Origin: Negativicutes bacterium
GTDB taxonomy: Bacteria > Bacillota > Negativicutes > Sporomusales > JAOACF01
Reading direction: 5' to 3'
Assembly (NCBI GenBank): GCA_026417995.1
Contig: JAOACF010000002.1
Location: 1-51,183, forward strand
Length of the DNA stretch: 51,183 bases
Below the pieces are notes generated by a model, which worked only from the letters and a program-made list of their open reading frames with translations, did not search any database and was not told the origin of the DNA. Position numbers and translations under genes: made by a program. Positions 19,669-30,017 of the stretch are shown here, piece by piece; position 1 is the first letter of the stretch; each line of letters starts with the position of its first letter.

Positions 19669-20463
19669 ATGATCAGGGTTTTGGTGTGTGGCGCTTATGG
19701 CAAAATGGGGCGCGAAGTACTGCGGGCAGTACATAAAGACAATCATCTTAGCATTGTAGGCGCCGTTGACATTAAAAGCGACTTTGCCGATGTTGGTGAA
19801 TTGATTGGTGTAGGCAAAATAGGAGTCACGGTTGGCAACGATCTGCAAACGGTGATTAGTGAGACCAAACCGCAGGTAATGGTGGATTTCACAAGCCCCG
19901 AAGCAGTTATGAACAACATTCGTATTGCCATTAAAAACGGCGTATGCCCGGTTGTTGGCACCACCGGCCTTAGTGAGGCAGACATTGCCGAAGTGGAAGG
20001 TCTATGTGCGAAGTCAAAAGTGAGCGCGATTATTTCCCCCAATTTTTCTATCGGAGCAATTTTAATGATGAAGCTGGCGCAGGAAACAGCTAAGTATCTG
20101 CCTAACGTAGAGATTATTGAAATGCATCACGACCAAAAACTTGACGCTCCTTCAGGCACTGCCCTCAGAACTGCAGAATTGATCAGCACGGTCAGAGGTT
20201 CGCTACGCCAGGGCCATCCTAAAGAAGTCGAGAAGCTTGCTGGCGCACGCGGCGGAGAACTTTCCGGCATTCGCATCCATAGCGTTCGCTTGCCGGGATA
20301 TGTCGCACATCAAGAGGTAATTTTCGGCGGTCTTGGCCAAACGCTCACCATTAGGCATGATTCTATCTCCCGCGAATCATTCATGCCGGGCGTATTACTT
20401 GCCTGTAAAAAGGTATTTACGATCAATGGTTTGGTGTTAGGGCTGGAAAACATACTGGAATAG
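19669..20463 (+). CDS. dapB: 4-hydroxy-tetrahydrodipicolinate reductase
   Basis: ATG 19669 lies 9 nt after AAGGAGG. Contains MIRVLVCGAYGKMGREV.. and ..EIIEMHHDQKLDAPSGTA... Confidence 0.95.
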   Translation: MIRVLVCGAYGKMGREVLRAVHKDNHLSIVGAVDIKSDFADVGELIGVGKIGVTVGNDLQTVISETKPQVMVDFTSPEAVMNNIRIAIKNGVCPVVGTTGLSEADIAEVEGLCAKSKVSAIISPNFSIGAILMMKLAQETAKYLPNVEIIEMHHDQKLDAPSGTALRTAELISTVRGSLRQGHPKEVEKLAGARGGELSGIRIHSVRLPGYVAHQEVIFGGLGQTLTIRHDSISRESFMPGVLLACKKVFTINGLVLGLENILE

Positions 20464-20484
20464 GCCACACGGAGGGGACTTACA

Positions 20485-21516
20485 GTGAAAAAATACAATG
20501 TAGCAATCCTTGGCGCTACCGGCGCTGTCGGACAGGAATTTTTGAAATTGATTGAAGAACGGAACTTTCCTTATAACGAATTAAAACTACTGGCCTCGGA
20601 ACGATCTGCCGGCAAAACAATTGACTTTATGGGAAAAACATTCACTGTTGAGGAAGCAAAAGCTGCATCGTTTGAAAACATTGATATTGCCTTGTTTGCC
20701 GGTGGTTCCGCCAGCAAAACATTTGCGCCGGAAGCGGTAAAGCGCGGTGCCGTAGTGATTGATAACTCCAGCGCTTTCCGGATGGATCCTGATGTGCCGC
20801 TGGTCGTGCCGGAAGTTAATCCGCAGGCAATTAAAGATCACAAAGGAATTATTGCCAATCCCAACTGTTCTACGATTATCATGGCTATGGCCTTAAAACC
20901 GATTTACGATAAGGTTAAAATTAAACGCATTGTGGTTTCCACCTACCAAGCAGTTTCCGGCGCCGGCAAAGAAGCTATCGATGAGTTGACTGACCAGGTA
21001 CAGGCAATTATCCAGAACCGTCCGGTTGAAGCTAATATTCTGCCAAGCGCAGGACTTCCTGTTCACTATCAGATTGCTTTCAATTTAATTCCGCAAATCG
21101 ACGTGTTCGTTGAGGGTGATTATACCAAAGAAGAAATGAAAATGGTGCACGAGACCCATAAAATTATGGGCGACAGTACGATCGGCATCTCTGCTACGAC
21201 GGTGCGCGTTCCGGTATACCGCAGTCATTCGGAATCGATTAACCTCGAACTGGAAGGCCCGCTTTCCGCAAGCGAAGCCAAAACCCTGCTCGCCAACTTC
21301 CCTGGCGTAATTGTCCAAGATGACCCTGCCGCGCAGATTTACCCCATGCCGCTCTTTACTTCGGGCAAAGACGAAGTATTTGTCGGCCGAATACGTGAAG
21401 ACAAATCAGTTCCCTATGGTCTCAATCTGTGGGTTGTCGGCGACCAAATCCGTAAAGGTGCTGCTTTAAATGCTCTGCAGATTGCCGAGTACATGATTAA
21501 GCACAATCAAATTTGA
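20485..21516 (+). CDS. asd: Aspartate-semialdehyde dehydrogenase
   Basis: GTG start after a GGAGGGG SD. Contains ..VAILGATGAVGQEF.. and the active-site region ..IIANPNCSTI... Confidence 0.96.
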   Translation: MKKYNVAILGATGAVGQEFLKLIEERNFPYNELKLLASERSAGKTIDFMGKTFTVEEAKAASFENIDIALFAGGSASKTFAPEAVKRGAVVIDNSSAFRMDPDVPLVVPEVNPQAIKDHKGIIANPNCSTIIMAMALKPIYDKVKIKRIVVSTYQAVSGAGKEAIDELTDQVQAIIQNRPVEANILPSAGLPVHYQIAFNLIPQIDVFVEGDYTKEEMKMVHETHKIMGDSTIGISATTVRVPVYRSHSESINLELEGPLSASEAKTLLANFPGVIVQDDPAAQIYPMPLFTSGKDEVFVGRIREDKSVPYGLNLWVVGDQIRKGAALNALQIAEYMIKHNQI

Positions 21517-21527
21517 GGTGTAAAATA

Positions 21528-22748
21528 ATGCGACTGATAATTCAGAAGTTCGGCGGAACCTCGGTTGCGTCTGAAGCAGTGAGAGCCCTATGCGTAAGCA
21601 AAGTCGAAATGGCAAAGCAACAAGGGTTTCATCCTGTCATCGTTGTTTCCGCCATGGGACGCAAGGGTGACCCTTACGCGACTGATACGCTGATCGGCCT
21701 TGCGCGCTCAGCCTATAAGAGTATTGCGCCCCGTGAACTGGATCAGATTATGTATTGCGGCGAAATCATTTCGGCTGTCATTATGACGGCGACACTACAA
21801 GCGGCTGGCATTGACGCCGTTATGCTGACCGGCGGCCAGGCGGGTGTGATCACCGACAATAATTATGGCAACGGACGCATTTTGCGTGTTGACCCGTCAC
21901 GCATTCTTAGTCTGATCAAGCTTGGCAAAACACCTGTGGTGTGCGGTTTTCAGGGCATCACCGGCGATGGCGAACTAACTACATTAGGGCGGGGGGGCAG
22001 CGATACGACAGCAGCAGCGCTCGGCGCAGCATTAAGCGCAGAGATGGTGGAAATCTATACCGACGTGGAAGGCATCATGACGGCTGACCCGCGTATTGTG
22101 CCTAACGCCAAAATACTTGAGTTTATAAGCTATGGAGAAGTATGCCAACTGGCGCACCAAGGAGCCAAAGTTATCCATCCGCGCGCTGTGGAAATCGCCA
22201 TGCAAAAAAACATTCCCCTTGTTGTTAAATCAACCTTTTCTAATGCTCCCGGCACATTAATCACGAATATTGCCAAAGAAGATACCGAAGGTGCGGCAGT
22301 CACCGACCGGGTGGCAACCGGTGTCACCTATTTACCCAACGTCGCACAGATCAAAATTACGTTGAGCCCGCAGAATACGCATAGCGAGAGCTCTAAGATA
22401 TTCCGAGCGATGGCTGACAACGGCATCAGCGTTGACTTAATCAACGTACACCCAGGTCAAGTCATGTTTACGGTAAATGAAGATGTACTGGAAAAAGCGG
22501 CAAATAAACTGCGTGATTTAGGCTATGACGTTGAAACATTGAGCGAATGCGCCAAGGTATCGATAGTCGGCGGCGGAATGCGGGAAGTCCCGGGAGTTAT
22601 GGCCAGCTTCGTAGAAGCATTGTCCGGTCAAAATATACCAATTTTGCAAACAGTCGATTCCCATACATCTATTTCCGTGTTAGTGCGTAAGTCAGATGTT
22701 GCGCAGGCAGTTTCCGCCTTGCACGAACAGTTTGGGTTGGCAAATTAA
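21528..22748 (+). CDS. dapG: Aspartate kinase (monofunctional, DapG-type by synteny)
   Basis: ATG 21528 follows a GAGGTG SD. Contains ..IIQKFGGTSV.. and ..LGRGGSDTTAAALGAAL.., with C-terminal ACT domains. Confidence 0.93.
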   Translation: MRLIIQKFGGTSVASEAVRALCVSKVEMAKQQGFHPVIVVSAMGRKGDPYATDTLIGLARSAYKSIAPRELDQIMYCGEIISAVIMTATLQAAGIDAVMLTGGQAGVITDNNYGNGRILRVDPSRILSLIKLGKTPVVCGFQGITGDGELTTLGRGGSDTTAAALGAALSAEMVEIYTDVEGIMTADPRIVPNAKILEFISYGEVCQLAHQGAKVIHPRAVEIAMQKNIPLVVKSTFSNAPGTLITNIAKEDTEGAAVTDRVATGVTYLPNVAQIKITLSPQNTHSESSKIFRAMADNGISVDLINVHPGQVMFTVNEDVLEKAANKLRDLGYDVETLSECAKVSIVGGGMREVPGVMASFVEALSGQNIPILQTVDSHTSISVLVRKSDVAQAVSALHEQFGLAN

Positions 22749-22763
22749 GGGGAGGGGAAAGTT

Positions 22764-23645
22764 GTGAAAAATTTTGGTCGTGTTTTAACCGCAATGGTCA
22801 CTCCGTTTCATGACGACCTAAGCGTTAATTATCAGGCGGCTGCAGAACTGGCCCATTATTTGGTCGCCAACGGTTCGGACGGCTTGGTCGTCGCAGGCAC
22901 TACTGGCGAATCGCCAACATTGACGAAAGAGGAAAAGCTGAAGCTTTTTGACGCTGTTTTAACGGCTGTAGGCGATAGAGCATCTGTCATCGCGGGTACT
23001 GGCTCCAATGATACACGTGCGTCCATTACACTTACCCAGGAAGCGGAAAAAATTGGCGTGCACGGCGTCATGGCTGTTGGGCCTTACTACAATAAACCGC
23101 CGCAGGAAGGTTTTTATCAGCATTTTAAAGCTATTGCTGAAAGCACCGCTCTACCGATTATTGTTTATAATGTTCCGGGAAGGACGGGCTCCAACATCCA
23201 GCCGCCCACGATTGCCCGTCTGGCCGAATACAAAAATATCGTTGCCGTTAAAGAAGCCAGCGGCAGCCTGGAACAAGCCTCGGAAATCATCAGAAATACG
23301 CCTCCCGGCTTCATGGTATATAGCGGCGACGACAGCCTGACACTGCCGATGCTCGCAGTTGGCGGAACCGGGGTTATCAGTGTTGCATCTCACATCGTGG
23401 GCAAAGAGATGCAGGAAATGATTCGCGCGTTTATAACCGGTGACACGATTCGCGCGCAGCAAATCCATCTAACATTAACACCTTTCTTTAAAGTTATCTT
23501 TATTACTACCAATCCAATTCCCATTAAGACAGCCGTAAATATGATCGGGCAAAATGCCGGCCCGCTCCGGCTGCCTTTAGTACCCGCTACACCCGGTGAA
23601 TGTGAACAACTAAAGAAAGTGATGCAGCAGCTTAATGTGCTGTAA
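22764..23645 (+). CDS. dapA: 4-hydroxy-tetrahydrodipicolinate synthase
   Basis: Contains ..TAMVTPF.., ..[15 protein letters not shown].. and ..IVAVKEASG.. (Schiff-base Lys region). Confidence 0.96.
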   Translation: MKNFGRVLTAMVTPFHDDLSVNYQAAAELAHYLVANGSDGLVVAGTTGESPTLTKEEKLKLFDAVLTAVGDRASVIAGTGSNDTRASITLTQEAEKIGVHGVMAVGPYYNKPPQEGFYQHFKAIAESTALPIIVYNVPGRTGSNIQPPTIARLAEYKNIVAVKEASGSLEQASEIIRNTPPGFMVYSGDDSLTLPMLAVGGTGVISVASHIVGKEMQEMIRAFITGDTIRAQQIHLTLTPFFKVIFITTNPIPIKTAVNMIGQNAGPLRLPLVPATPGECEQLKKVMQQLNVL

Positions 23646-23656
23646 GTAAGTGAGCT

Positions 23657-23685
23657 AACCGCCTGAAAATGAGGCGGTTTCTCTA
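23657..23685 (+). terminator. Probable terminator after dapA
   Basis: AACCGCCT / AGGCGGTT stem with a 7-nt loop. The T-tract (TTTCTCT) is weak. Confidence 0.55.
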
Positions 23686-23748
23686 TGTAAATTCCTCAGC
23701 GAATGTGTGCATAATAAGGCTAGTGCGCTTCGTAGAACAGGTTATCAC

Positions 23749-23777
23749 TTGTTGTTAATGCGGCAATGCGATATAAT
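23749..23777 (+). promoter_or_regulatory. sigma-A-type promoter candidate for rnj
   Basis: TTGTTG (23749-23754), 17-nt spacer, TATAAT (23772-23777). Confidence 0.55.
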
Positions 23778-23834
23778 AAATACAAAGTAAGTGCGGCGGC
23801 TTATTTTTTTGATATTTTGGGAGGTGTTATTTTT

Positions 23835-25496
23835 TTGTCCAAACAACCGAAAATCCAGATCATCCCCTTGGGCGGGCTTGGCGAGATCGGCAAGAATATG
23901 ACCGTAGTCCGCTTTGGCGATGATATTATTGTAATTGACTCCGGACTGGCGTTTCCCGAGGATGACATGCTCGGCATCGACCTAGTTATCCCGGACATTA
24001 CATATCTTGTGGAACATAAAGAACTCGTACGAGCCATCGTCTTAACCCACGGTCATGAAGACCACATCGGCGCCCTGCCTTATGTGCTCAAACAGCTGGA
24101 TGTGCCCATCTACGGCACAAGACTAACTCTGGGCATTCTGTCCGGCAGGTTGAAGGAAAATAATGTGGCCAATGCCATCCTAAATCCGGTAAATCCGGGA
24201 GATCAAATTCAAATTGGCGCAATGAAAGTCGGCTTCATCCGGGTGAGCCATAGCATTGCCGACTCGGTGGGGCTATGGATCAAGACACCGATAGGAACTA
24301 TCGTCCACACAGGCGACTTCAAACTTGACCAAACACCGGTTGATGGCAAAGTGACTGATTTTCACAAATTTGCCGAACTGGGAGACCAGGGCGTGCTCGT
24401 AATGCTGGCGGACAGTACCAATGCCGAACGGCCAGGGTATACGGCTAGCGAACGCAGCGTGGGGCAAACCTTTGATGAAACTTTCCGCAACGCGCGCGAG
24501 CGAATTATTATTGCCACTTTTTCATCCAACGTCCACCGCATTCAGCAAGCCATCGACACCGCATGTAAATATAAACGCAAAGTTGCGGTGCTTGGTCGCA
24601 GCATGGTCAACGTTGTTAATATTGCGCTTGAGCTTGGTTACCTCAATGTGCCGGAAGGAGTACTCATCGATATTGATGAGATTAATAATTATCCAGCTTC
24701 AGGAGTGGTGATCTGCACCACAGGAAGTCAGGGCGAACCTATGTCGGCGCTTACCCGTATGGCAATGTCCGATCATAAAAAGGTCGAAATTATGCCTGGC
24801 GATACCGTCATCATTTCCGCAACGCCGATCCCCGGAAATGAAAAGCTGGTTTCCCGCACTATTGATTTTTTGCTGCGCCAGGGCGCCGAAGTAGTATATG
24901 AGGCGGCATCCGGCATCCATGTATCAGGGCATGCCAGCCAGGAAGAACTCAAGCTGATGCACAACCTCATCCGACCGAAATTTTTTATTCCCGTCCACGG
25001 CGAATACCGGCATCTGGTTAAACATTCGAAGCTGGCGCAAAATATGGGAATGCCGAAAGAGAATGTATTTATTGCTGAAAACGGCCAAATCCTGGAATTC
25101 ACCCCGGAGCGCGGCGCAGTTGTAGGCAAGGTTACTGCCGGCAATGTGCTTGTTGACGGCTTAGGGGTTGGCGATGTTGGCAATATTGTGCTGAGAGACC
25201 GCCGCCAGCTTTCCCAGGACGGAATCCTGATTATCGTTGTCACGATGGATAAGCAACGCGGCTGCGTTATTGCCGGCCCGGATATTGTCTCGCGGGGCTT
25301 CGTCTATGTCCGTGAGTCTGAGCGGCTTATGGAAGATGCCAAGGAACGGGTCAACCAAGCTTTAGAAAAATGCGAAACCAGCGGCATTACGGAATGGGCC
25401 GCCATTAAAGCCAATATCCGGGACAGTCTTGGCAAGTATTTGTATGAAAAAACCAGACGGCGGCCCATGATTTTGCCGATCATTATGGAAATTTAA
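23835..25496 (+). CDS. rnj: Ribonuclease J
   Basis: TTG 23835 lies 9 nt after GGAGGTG, giving LSKQPKIQIIPLGGLGEIGKNMTV... Contains the beta-lactamase motif HGHEDHIG plus beta-CASP and C-terminal domains. Confidence 0.94.
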   Translation: MSKQPKIQIIPLGGLGEIGKNMTVVRFGDDIIVIDSGLAFPEDDMLGIDLVIPDITYLVEHKELVRAIVLTHGHEDHIGALPYVLKQLDVPIYGTRLTLGILSGRLKENNVANAILNPVNPGDQIQIGAMKVGFIRVSHSIADSVGLWIKTPIGTIVHTGDFKLDQTPVDGKVTDFHKFAELGDQGVLVMLADSTNAERPGYTASERSVGQTFDETFRNARERIIIATFSSNVHRIQQAIDTACKYKRKVAVLGRSMVNVVNIALELGYLNVPEGVLIDIDEINNYPASGVVICTTGSQGEPMSALTRMAMSDHKKVEIMPGDTVIISATPIPGNEKLVSRTIDFLLRQGAEVVYEAASGIHVSGHASQEELKLMHNLIRPKFFIPVHGEYRHLVKHSKLAQNMGMPKENVFIAENGQILEFTPERGAVVGKVTAGNVLVDGLGVGDVGNIVLRDRRQLSQDGILIIVVTMDKQRGCVIAGPDIVSRGFVYVRESERLMEDAKERVNQALEKCETSGITEWAAIKANIRDSLGKYLYEKTRRRPMILPIIMEI

Positions 25497-25524
25497 CCGG
25501 GTAATTTCCCGGTTTTTCTTTTGC
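25495..25524 (+). terminator. Rho-independent terminator after rnj
   Basis: AACCGGG TAATTT CCCGGTT, then TTTTTCTTTT. Confidence 0.8.
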
Positions 25525-25606
25525 AATTTTCCATACTGCCATCCGGGTATGAAACTCATCCACCAGTCTATACTAAGTACGATGATGAATAAACGGAGGG
25601 ATAGCA

Positions 25607-26395
25607 GTGATCGAAAACGACAATCCTGTTGTTGCGCCGCCTGGCAACAACCCGGAGCATCGCGATAATCCGCCCAAGCCTGAACAACAACCCAAAAGAC
25701 GCCAGGCATCAACCAAAAAATCGATGCAAGTTGAGAACATACAGGAATTAGGCAGCACCGAAGTTCCAACCGCCAAAACAAATATTCACGTTATGACGAT
25801 TATCGGACAAATTGAAGGCCATATGGTTTTGCCGCCGCAAAACAAAACGACAAAATATGAGCATATCATGCCGCAGCTTGTGGCAATTGAGCAAAATCCG
25901 GAAATTGAGGGATTAATGCTGCTGCTAAATACGGTTGGCGGTGATGTGGAGGCAGGACTGGCGATAGCCGAGATGATTTCCAGTATGTCTAAACCATCCG
26001 TTTCCATTGTGCTCGGTGGCGGACACAGCATTGGCGTGCCGATTGCCGTATCCGCAACGCGTTCCTTCATCGTTGAAAGCGCTAGTATGACCATTCATCC
26101 AATCCGGCTGACCGGCTTGGTAATTGGCGCGCAAAGCTCGTTTGATTACCTGGAAAAAATGCAGGAGCGCGTGAACCGTTTCGTTGTCGGGCACTCCAAC
26201 ATATCAGAAAAGAAATGGAAAGAGCTGTTATATAAAACCGGGGAATTGTCCCGCGACATCGGAACGTCGGTAATTGGCAAAGATGCGGTCAGATACGGCC
26301 TAATTGACGAGGTGGGCGGAGTTTCCCAGGCCATGGAAAAACTTAACGAGCTAATCAAAATAAATAAGGAGAGCAAAAAGGGGCTGAAACAATGA
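25607..26395 (+). CDS. tepA: ClpP-fold serine protease, TepA/YmfB-like
   Basis: Contains ..IIGQIEGH...NKTTKYEHI...[20 protein letters not shown]...GGGHSIG... Syntenic with B. subtilis tepA, between rnjB and ylzJ. Confidence 0.85.
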   Translation: MIENDNPVVAPPGNNPEHRDNPPKPEQQPKRRQASTKKSMQVENIQELGSTEVPTAKTNIHVMTIIGQIEGHMVLPPQNKTTKYEHIMPQLVAIEQNPEIEGLMLLLNTVGGDVEAGLAIAEMISSMSKPSVSIVLGGGHSIGVPIAVSATRSFIVESASMTIHPIRLTGLVIGAQSSFDYLEKMQERVNRFVVGHSNISEKKWKELLYKTGELSRDIGTSVIGKDAVRYGLIDEVGGVSQAMEKLNELIKINKESKKGLKQ

Positions 26396-26607
26396 TTGTT
26401 TGGACAGTCATGCCCTTGGATCTCGTATTTGGTCAGGAAGCCATACCGGCATCCTATGAGGAAATTGTTTATTGCGGCGTTCGCATGTTGGTAGAAAAGG
26501 CCGGTCCCTATGAAAGCCGTATTGTTCGCCTGCTATCTACTGACCCAGCCGTTTTTCTGCGGCCGGAATTGCAGCCCGGCCGCATAGTAACCTATAAACC
26601 TTATTAA
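26392..26607 (+). CDS. ylzJ: YlzJ-like family protein
   Basis: 71 aa (MIVWTVMP.....[16 protein letters not shown]). Overlaps the tepA stop by 4 nt and keeps the conserved tepA-ylzJ pairing. Confidence 0.8.
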   Translation: MIVWTVMPLDLVFGQEAIPASYEEIVYCGVRMLVEKAGPYESRIVRLLSTDPAVFLRPELQPGRIVTYKPY

Positions 26608-26620
26608 CCCGCAAGCCAGC

Positions 26621-26655
26621 CGAGCCGCTCGGTACCCAGCGTACCAGGCGGCTCG
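26621..26655 (+). terminator. GC-rich compound hairpin, possible terminator of tepA-ylzJ
   Basis: CGAGCCGC..GGTAC CCAGC GTACC..GCGGCTCG (8+5 bp). The downstream tract CTTGTGTCTT is only weakly U-rich. Confidence 0.4.
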
Positions 26656-26742
26656 CTTGTGTCTTCCTACAATTTCCAGTCTGATATGCAGTCGCCAGAA
26701 ATACATATATATAACGTATTTTAACCGGAAGGAGCGCCTTGC

Positions 26743-27675
26743 ATGGGAGGAGTTATACTGTCGGCACTTGCCGTGTTGTTGTTGTTGGGAGGCTTGTTTG
26801 GCATGCGCTGGGGACTGCAGCATATGCTTTCCGGCAAGATGAAAACGCTGTTGACCCGGATAACCGTAACCCCCTGGACTGGTCTTGCCGCCGGTATTGT
26901 TGCCGCTGCATTCATGCAGAGCAGCACGGCCGTATCGATCATAACAATCGGCCTAGTCAGCGCCAACTACCTATCTTTTTATCAGAGCCTAGGCCTGATT
27001 TTAGGAGCAAATATCGGCACATGCACGACTGTCCAGATGATGGCATTTGTGTCGCTCCCCGACAAATACTTAGTCACGTTGGCCGGTCTGCTGACCGTAT
27101 CTGCAATTGCTGCTAAACGAGTACGTCCTTTTAGCACCGCAGCACTGGGACTTGTAAGCATGTTTCTTGGGTTAAGCATGCTGCCCCATGCTCTCGGCAA
27201 ACTTGCCTATATGGACACAATCATCGGGTATGTCGCATCAGATAAACATAATCCTATATACGGTATATTCAGCGGAATGCTCATAACTGCATTGTTTCAG
27301 TCAAGCAGCGCGGCTACCGGATTCCTGATGGCCCTGGCCGAACAGGACCTTATCGACATTACAACAGCAGCGTATATTGTCTACGGCAATAATATCGGGT
27401 CGTGCATATCCTCGGTTATTATCGGGGTCGCTGCGCCTCTTGCCGCCAAACGGGTCGCACTCGCCCATTTCCTGTTGAATGTATTAGGTGTAGCCGTCTT
27501 TATTCCGTTTACAAACCTATTAACACTGGGGGCTGCTTATCTGTCGCCCGACTTTGCCGAGCAAATCGCTCTTATGCATACAATTTTTAATGTTGTATGC
27601 TCCCTTGCCGTTATGCCGATAGTTAAACAATACGCCAAATTAATCTTGGCATTGACGCCGAACGCAGCCAAATAA
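26743..27675 (+). CDS. Na/Pi cotransporter family protein (short form, no PhoU-like tail)
   Basis: 310 aa polytopic membrane protein. It shows the duplicated Na/Pi-cotransporter signature (..FMQSSTAVSIITIGLV.. and ..LFQSSSAATGFLMALA..). Confidence 0.82.
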   Translation: MGGVILSALAVLLLLGGLFGMRWGLQHMLSGKMKTLLTRITVTPWTGLAAGIVAAAFMQSSTAVSIITIGLVSANYLSFYQSLGLILGANIGTCTTVQMMAFVSLPDKYLVTLAGLLTVSAIAAKRVRPFSTAALGLVSMFLGLSMLPHALGKLAYMDTIIGYVASDKHNPIYGIFSGMLITALFQSSSAATGFLMALAEQDLIDITTAAYIVYGNNIGSCISSVIIGVAAPLAAKRVALAHFLLNVLGVAVFIPFTNLLTLGAAYLSPDFAEQIALMHTIFNVVCSLAVMPIVKQYAKLILALTPNAAK

Positions 27676-27756
27676 ATAATTGGCGCCATCTTTTGCACTC
27701 CGCGCAAATAAAGGATTTCCCGGCAAAACGTAGAAGAAATACCTGAGGTGATAGGG

Positions 27757-29940
27757 TTGCCAAAATTTTTGCTACGTTTCATCTCCGGCCTTTCTCAAGA
27801 ATTGAAATATGAGCTACTTGGCGTTTTACTCTTTACCATCGCCGTTCTGTCATTTACCAGCCTTGCCGGCTATAATACGGGTCCGGCAGGCCGTTTTGCT
27901 GTAAAGCTTTTAAAATACTCTTTCGGCGTTGGCGCATGGGGTGTGCCAGTTGCCGTACTGCTTATCTCGCTGCGTTATCTGTGGAAACACAGTCAGGCCG
28001 AGTATACCGCAAAATTTTGGGGGCTGGTTTTAATTTTTTGGTTGTCGTTGGCGGTATATCACCACTTCAAAGTGCCGACCGGCGAGGAAATCTTGCCGGA
28101 ACACCTGCCCTCAGGCGGCGGGCTGGTAGGAGGGTTTACACTCTTCACCCTGCGTAAGTTTTTTGGTTTCGACGGTACGATTATTATTCTCTTTGGTTTG
28201 ATTGTGTGCGCTGTTTTACTGGTAACTACCTGGTCAATTGCGAAAACCATGCTGCTCGCCAAAGAAAAAGCCTCTGAAACCATCTTGACGGCAAGAGAGG
28301 CGATCGCTTCCACCGGTGAAATGGCGGAAACGCTTTTTGAAAATGCCCGCAAATCGCATTTCTATGACCAGGAACGCGATATTGCGTACAGCACGAGCCG
28401 GGAGTTAGCCCGTGAATTCGATATCGAAAGCAATGCGGAGGCTGCCGCGCCGCCGCGTACCAGAAAAATGACGCCGATGATCCAGGCGGTAACACAGAGC
28501 AGCGGTGAGGCTCCTTTGCCAAATCGCGTATATAAAGTACCGCCACTTTCTGTTTTAAAGAAGACAGGCAAGCCGCAATCAGGTAAAATACATAAGGAAA
28601 TTCACGAAAATGCACGAATTTTGGAAGAAACCCTGGAAAACTTCGGCGTTAGTGCCCGTATCGTCAATACATCGCAGGGACCAACAGTAACGCGCTATGA
28701 GCTGGAACCTGCACCTGGCGTAAAAGTCAGCCGCATTGTCAATCTCTCGGACGACATCGCCCTCAAGCTAGCTGCTCCCGGCATCCGAATTGAGGCGCCA
28801 ATACCTGGAAAAGCAGCCATCGGTATTGAGGTTCCGAATAAAGATGTCGCCACTGTTCCCTTGCGGGATGTTTTAGAAAGCGATGAATTTCAGTCTGCAT
28901 CTTCGCGCCTTGTTGTCGGCTTGGGCAAAGACATTGCCGGCAAGCCGATTTTGGCCGATCTAGCTAAGATGCCGCATCTGTTAGTCGCGGGCGCTACCGG
29001 CTCAGGCAAAAGCGTTTGCATTAATACGATAATCACCAGCATTTTATTCAAAGCCACGCCTGAGGAAGTCAAACTGGTACTAATTGACCCTAAGGTCGTA
29101 GAACTCTCTAACTACAACGGCATTCCGCATCTTTTAACCCCGGTCGTGACTGACGCAAAAAAAGCCGCGTCGGCGCTACGCTGGGCTGTGCAGGAAATGG
29201 AACGACGCTACGCACTATTTGCCGCCGCCGGTGTTCGTGATATTACCCGCTACAATGAGTTCAGCCCGGAAAAGCTACCGCTTATCCTGATAATTATTGA
29301 CGAATTGGCGGATTTAATGATGATCGCACCGGTTGATGTTGAAGACGCTATCTGCCGCTTAGCGCAAATGGCTCGCGCTGCCGGGCTGCATCTCGTGCTG
29401 GCGACGCAGCGTCCTTCAGTTGACGTCATTACCGGCACCATTAAAGCCAATGTTCCTTCGCGAATATCCTTCGCTGTGTCATCTCAGATAGATTCCCGCA
29501 CCATATTGGATATGGCCGGCGCTGAGAAACTGCTGGGCAAAGGCGACATGCTGTTTTATCCGGTAGGAGCGGCCAAACCGCTGCGGGTACAAGGGGCATT
29601 TATCAGTGACAATGAGGTGGAGGATCTGGTTTCATTCATTAATCGTCAGGCCGAGCCGGAATATGTGGAAGGCGTTACCAGCTTTGAAATCAGCGCGGAA
29701 AAAGAGGAAGAAAGCCACTTTGAAGATGAAATGCTCGAAGATGCGGTTCGGATGGTACTGGAAACAGGACAAGCTTCCGTCTCCATGCTGCAAAGGAAAT
29801 TTCGCATCGGCTATACCCGGGCTGCCCGGCTAATCGATACAATGGAAGAAATGAAAATTGTCGGCCCTAACATTGGCAGTAAGGCGCGGGAAATCTTAAT
29901 GACATCCGATCAGGTGTATGCACGGTACTTTAAAAAATAA
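27757..29940 (+). CDS. ftsK: DNA translocase FtsK/SpoIIIE
   Basis: Four N-terminal TM segments, Walker A GATGSGKS, a ..[11 protein letters not shown].. region and a C-terminal gamma wHTH (..[21 protein letters not shown]..). TTG 27757 lies 6 nt after GAGGTG, whereas the listed GTG 27748 lies within that SD. Confidence 0.93.
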   Translation: MPKFLLRFISGLSQELKYELLGVLLFTIAVLSFTSLAGYNTGPAGRFAVKLLKYSFGVGAWGVPVAVLLISLRYLWKHSQAEYTAKFWGLVLIFWLSLAVYHHFKVPTGEEILPEHLPSGGGLVGGFTLFTLRKFFGFDGTIIILFGLIVCAVLLVTTWSIAKTMLLAKEKASETILTAREAIASTGEMAETLFENARKSHFYDQERDIAYSTSRELAREFDIESNAEAAAPPRTRKMTPMIQAVTQSSGEAPLPNRVYKVPPLSVLKKTGKPQSGKIHKEIHENARILEETLENFGVSARIVNTSQGPTVTRYELEPAPGVKVSRIVNLSDDIALKLAAPGIRIEAPIPGKAAIGIEVPNKDVATVPLRDVLESDEFQSASSRLVVGLGKDIAGKPILADLAKMPHLLVAGATGSGKSVCINTIITSILFKATPEEVKLVLIDPKVVELSNYNGIPHLLTPVVTDAKKAASALRWAVQEMERRYALFAAAGVRDITRYNEFSPEKLPLILIIIDELADLMMIAPVDVEDAICRLAQMARAAGLHLVLATQRPSVDVITGTIKANVPSRISFAVSSQIDSRTILDMAGAEKLLGKGDMLFYPVGAAKPLRVQGAFISDNEVEDLVSFINRQAEPEYVEGVTSFEISAEKEEESHFEDEMLEDAVRMVLETGQASVSMLQRKFRIGYTRAARLIDTMEEMKIVGPNIGSKAREILMTSDQVYARYFKK

Positions 29941-30017
29941 AACTTGGGGGCGATTGTTATCCATTGCCTCTTGGGTACAATAAGAATATGACACGAATTG
30001 GTTGTGAGTGATACACT

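Noticed and set aside
19446-19736. 96-aa plus-strand ORF upstream of dapB
   Set aside because: It spans the lysine riboswitch aptamer, its terminator and the dapB start. The RNA element explains the sequence conservation pattern far better.
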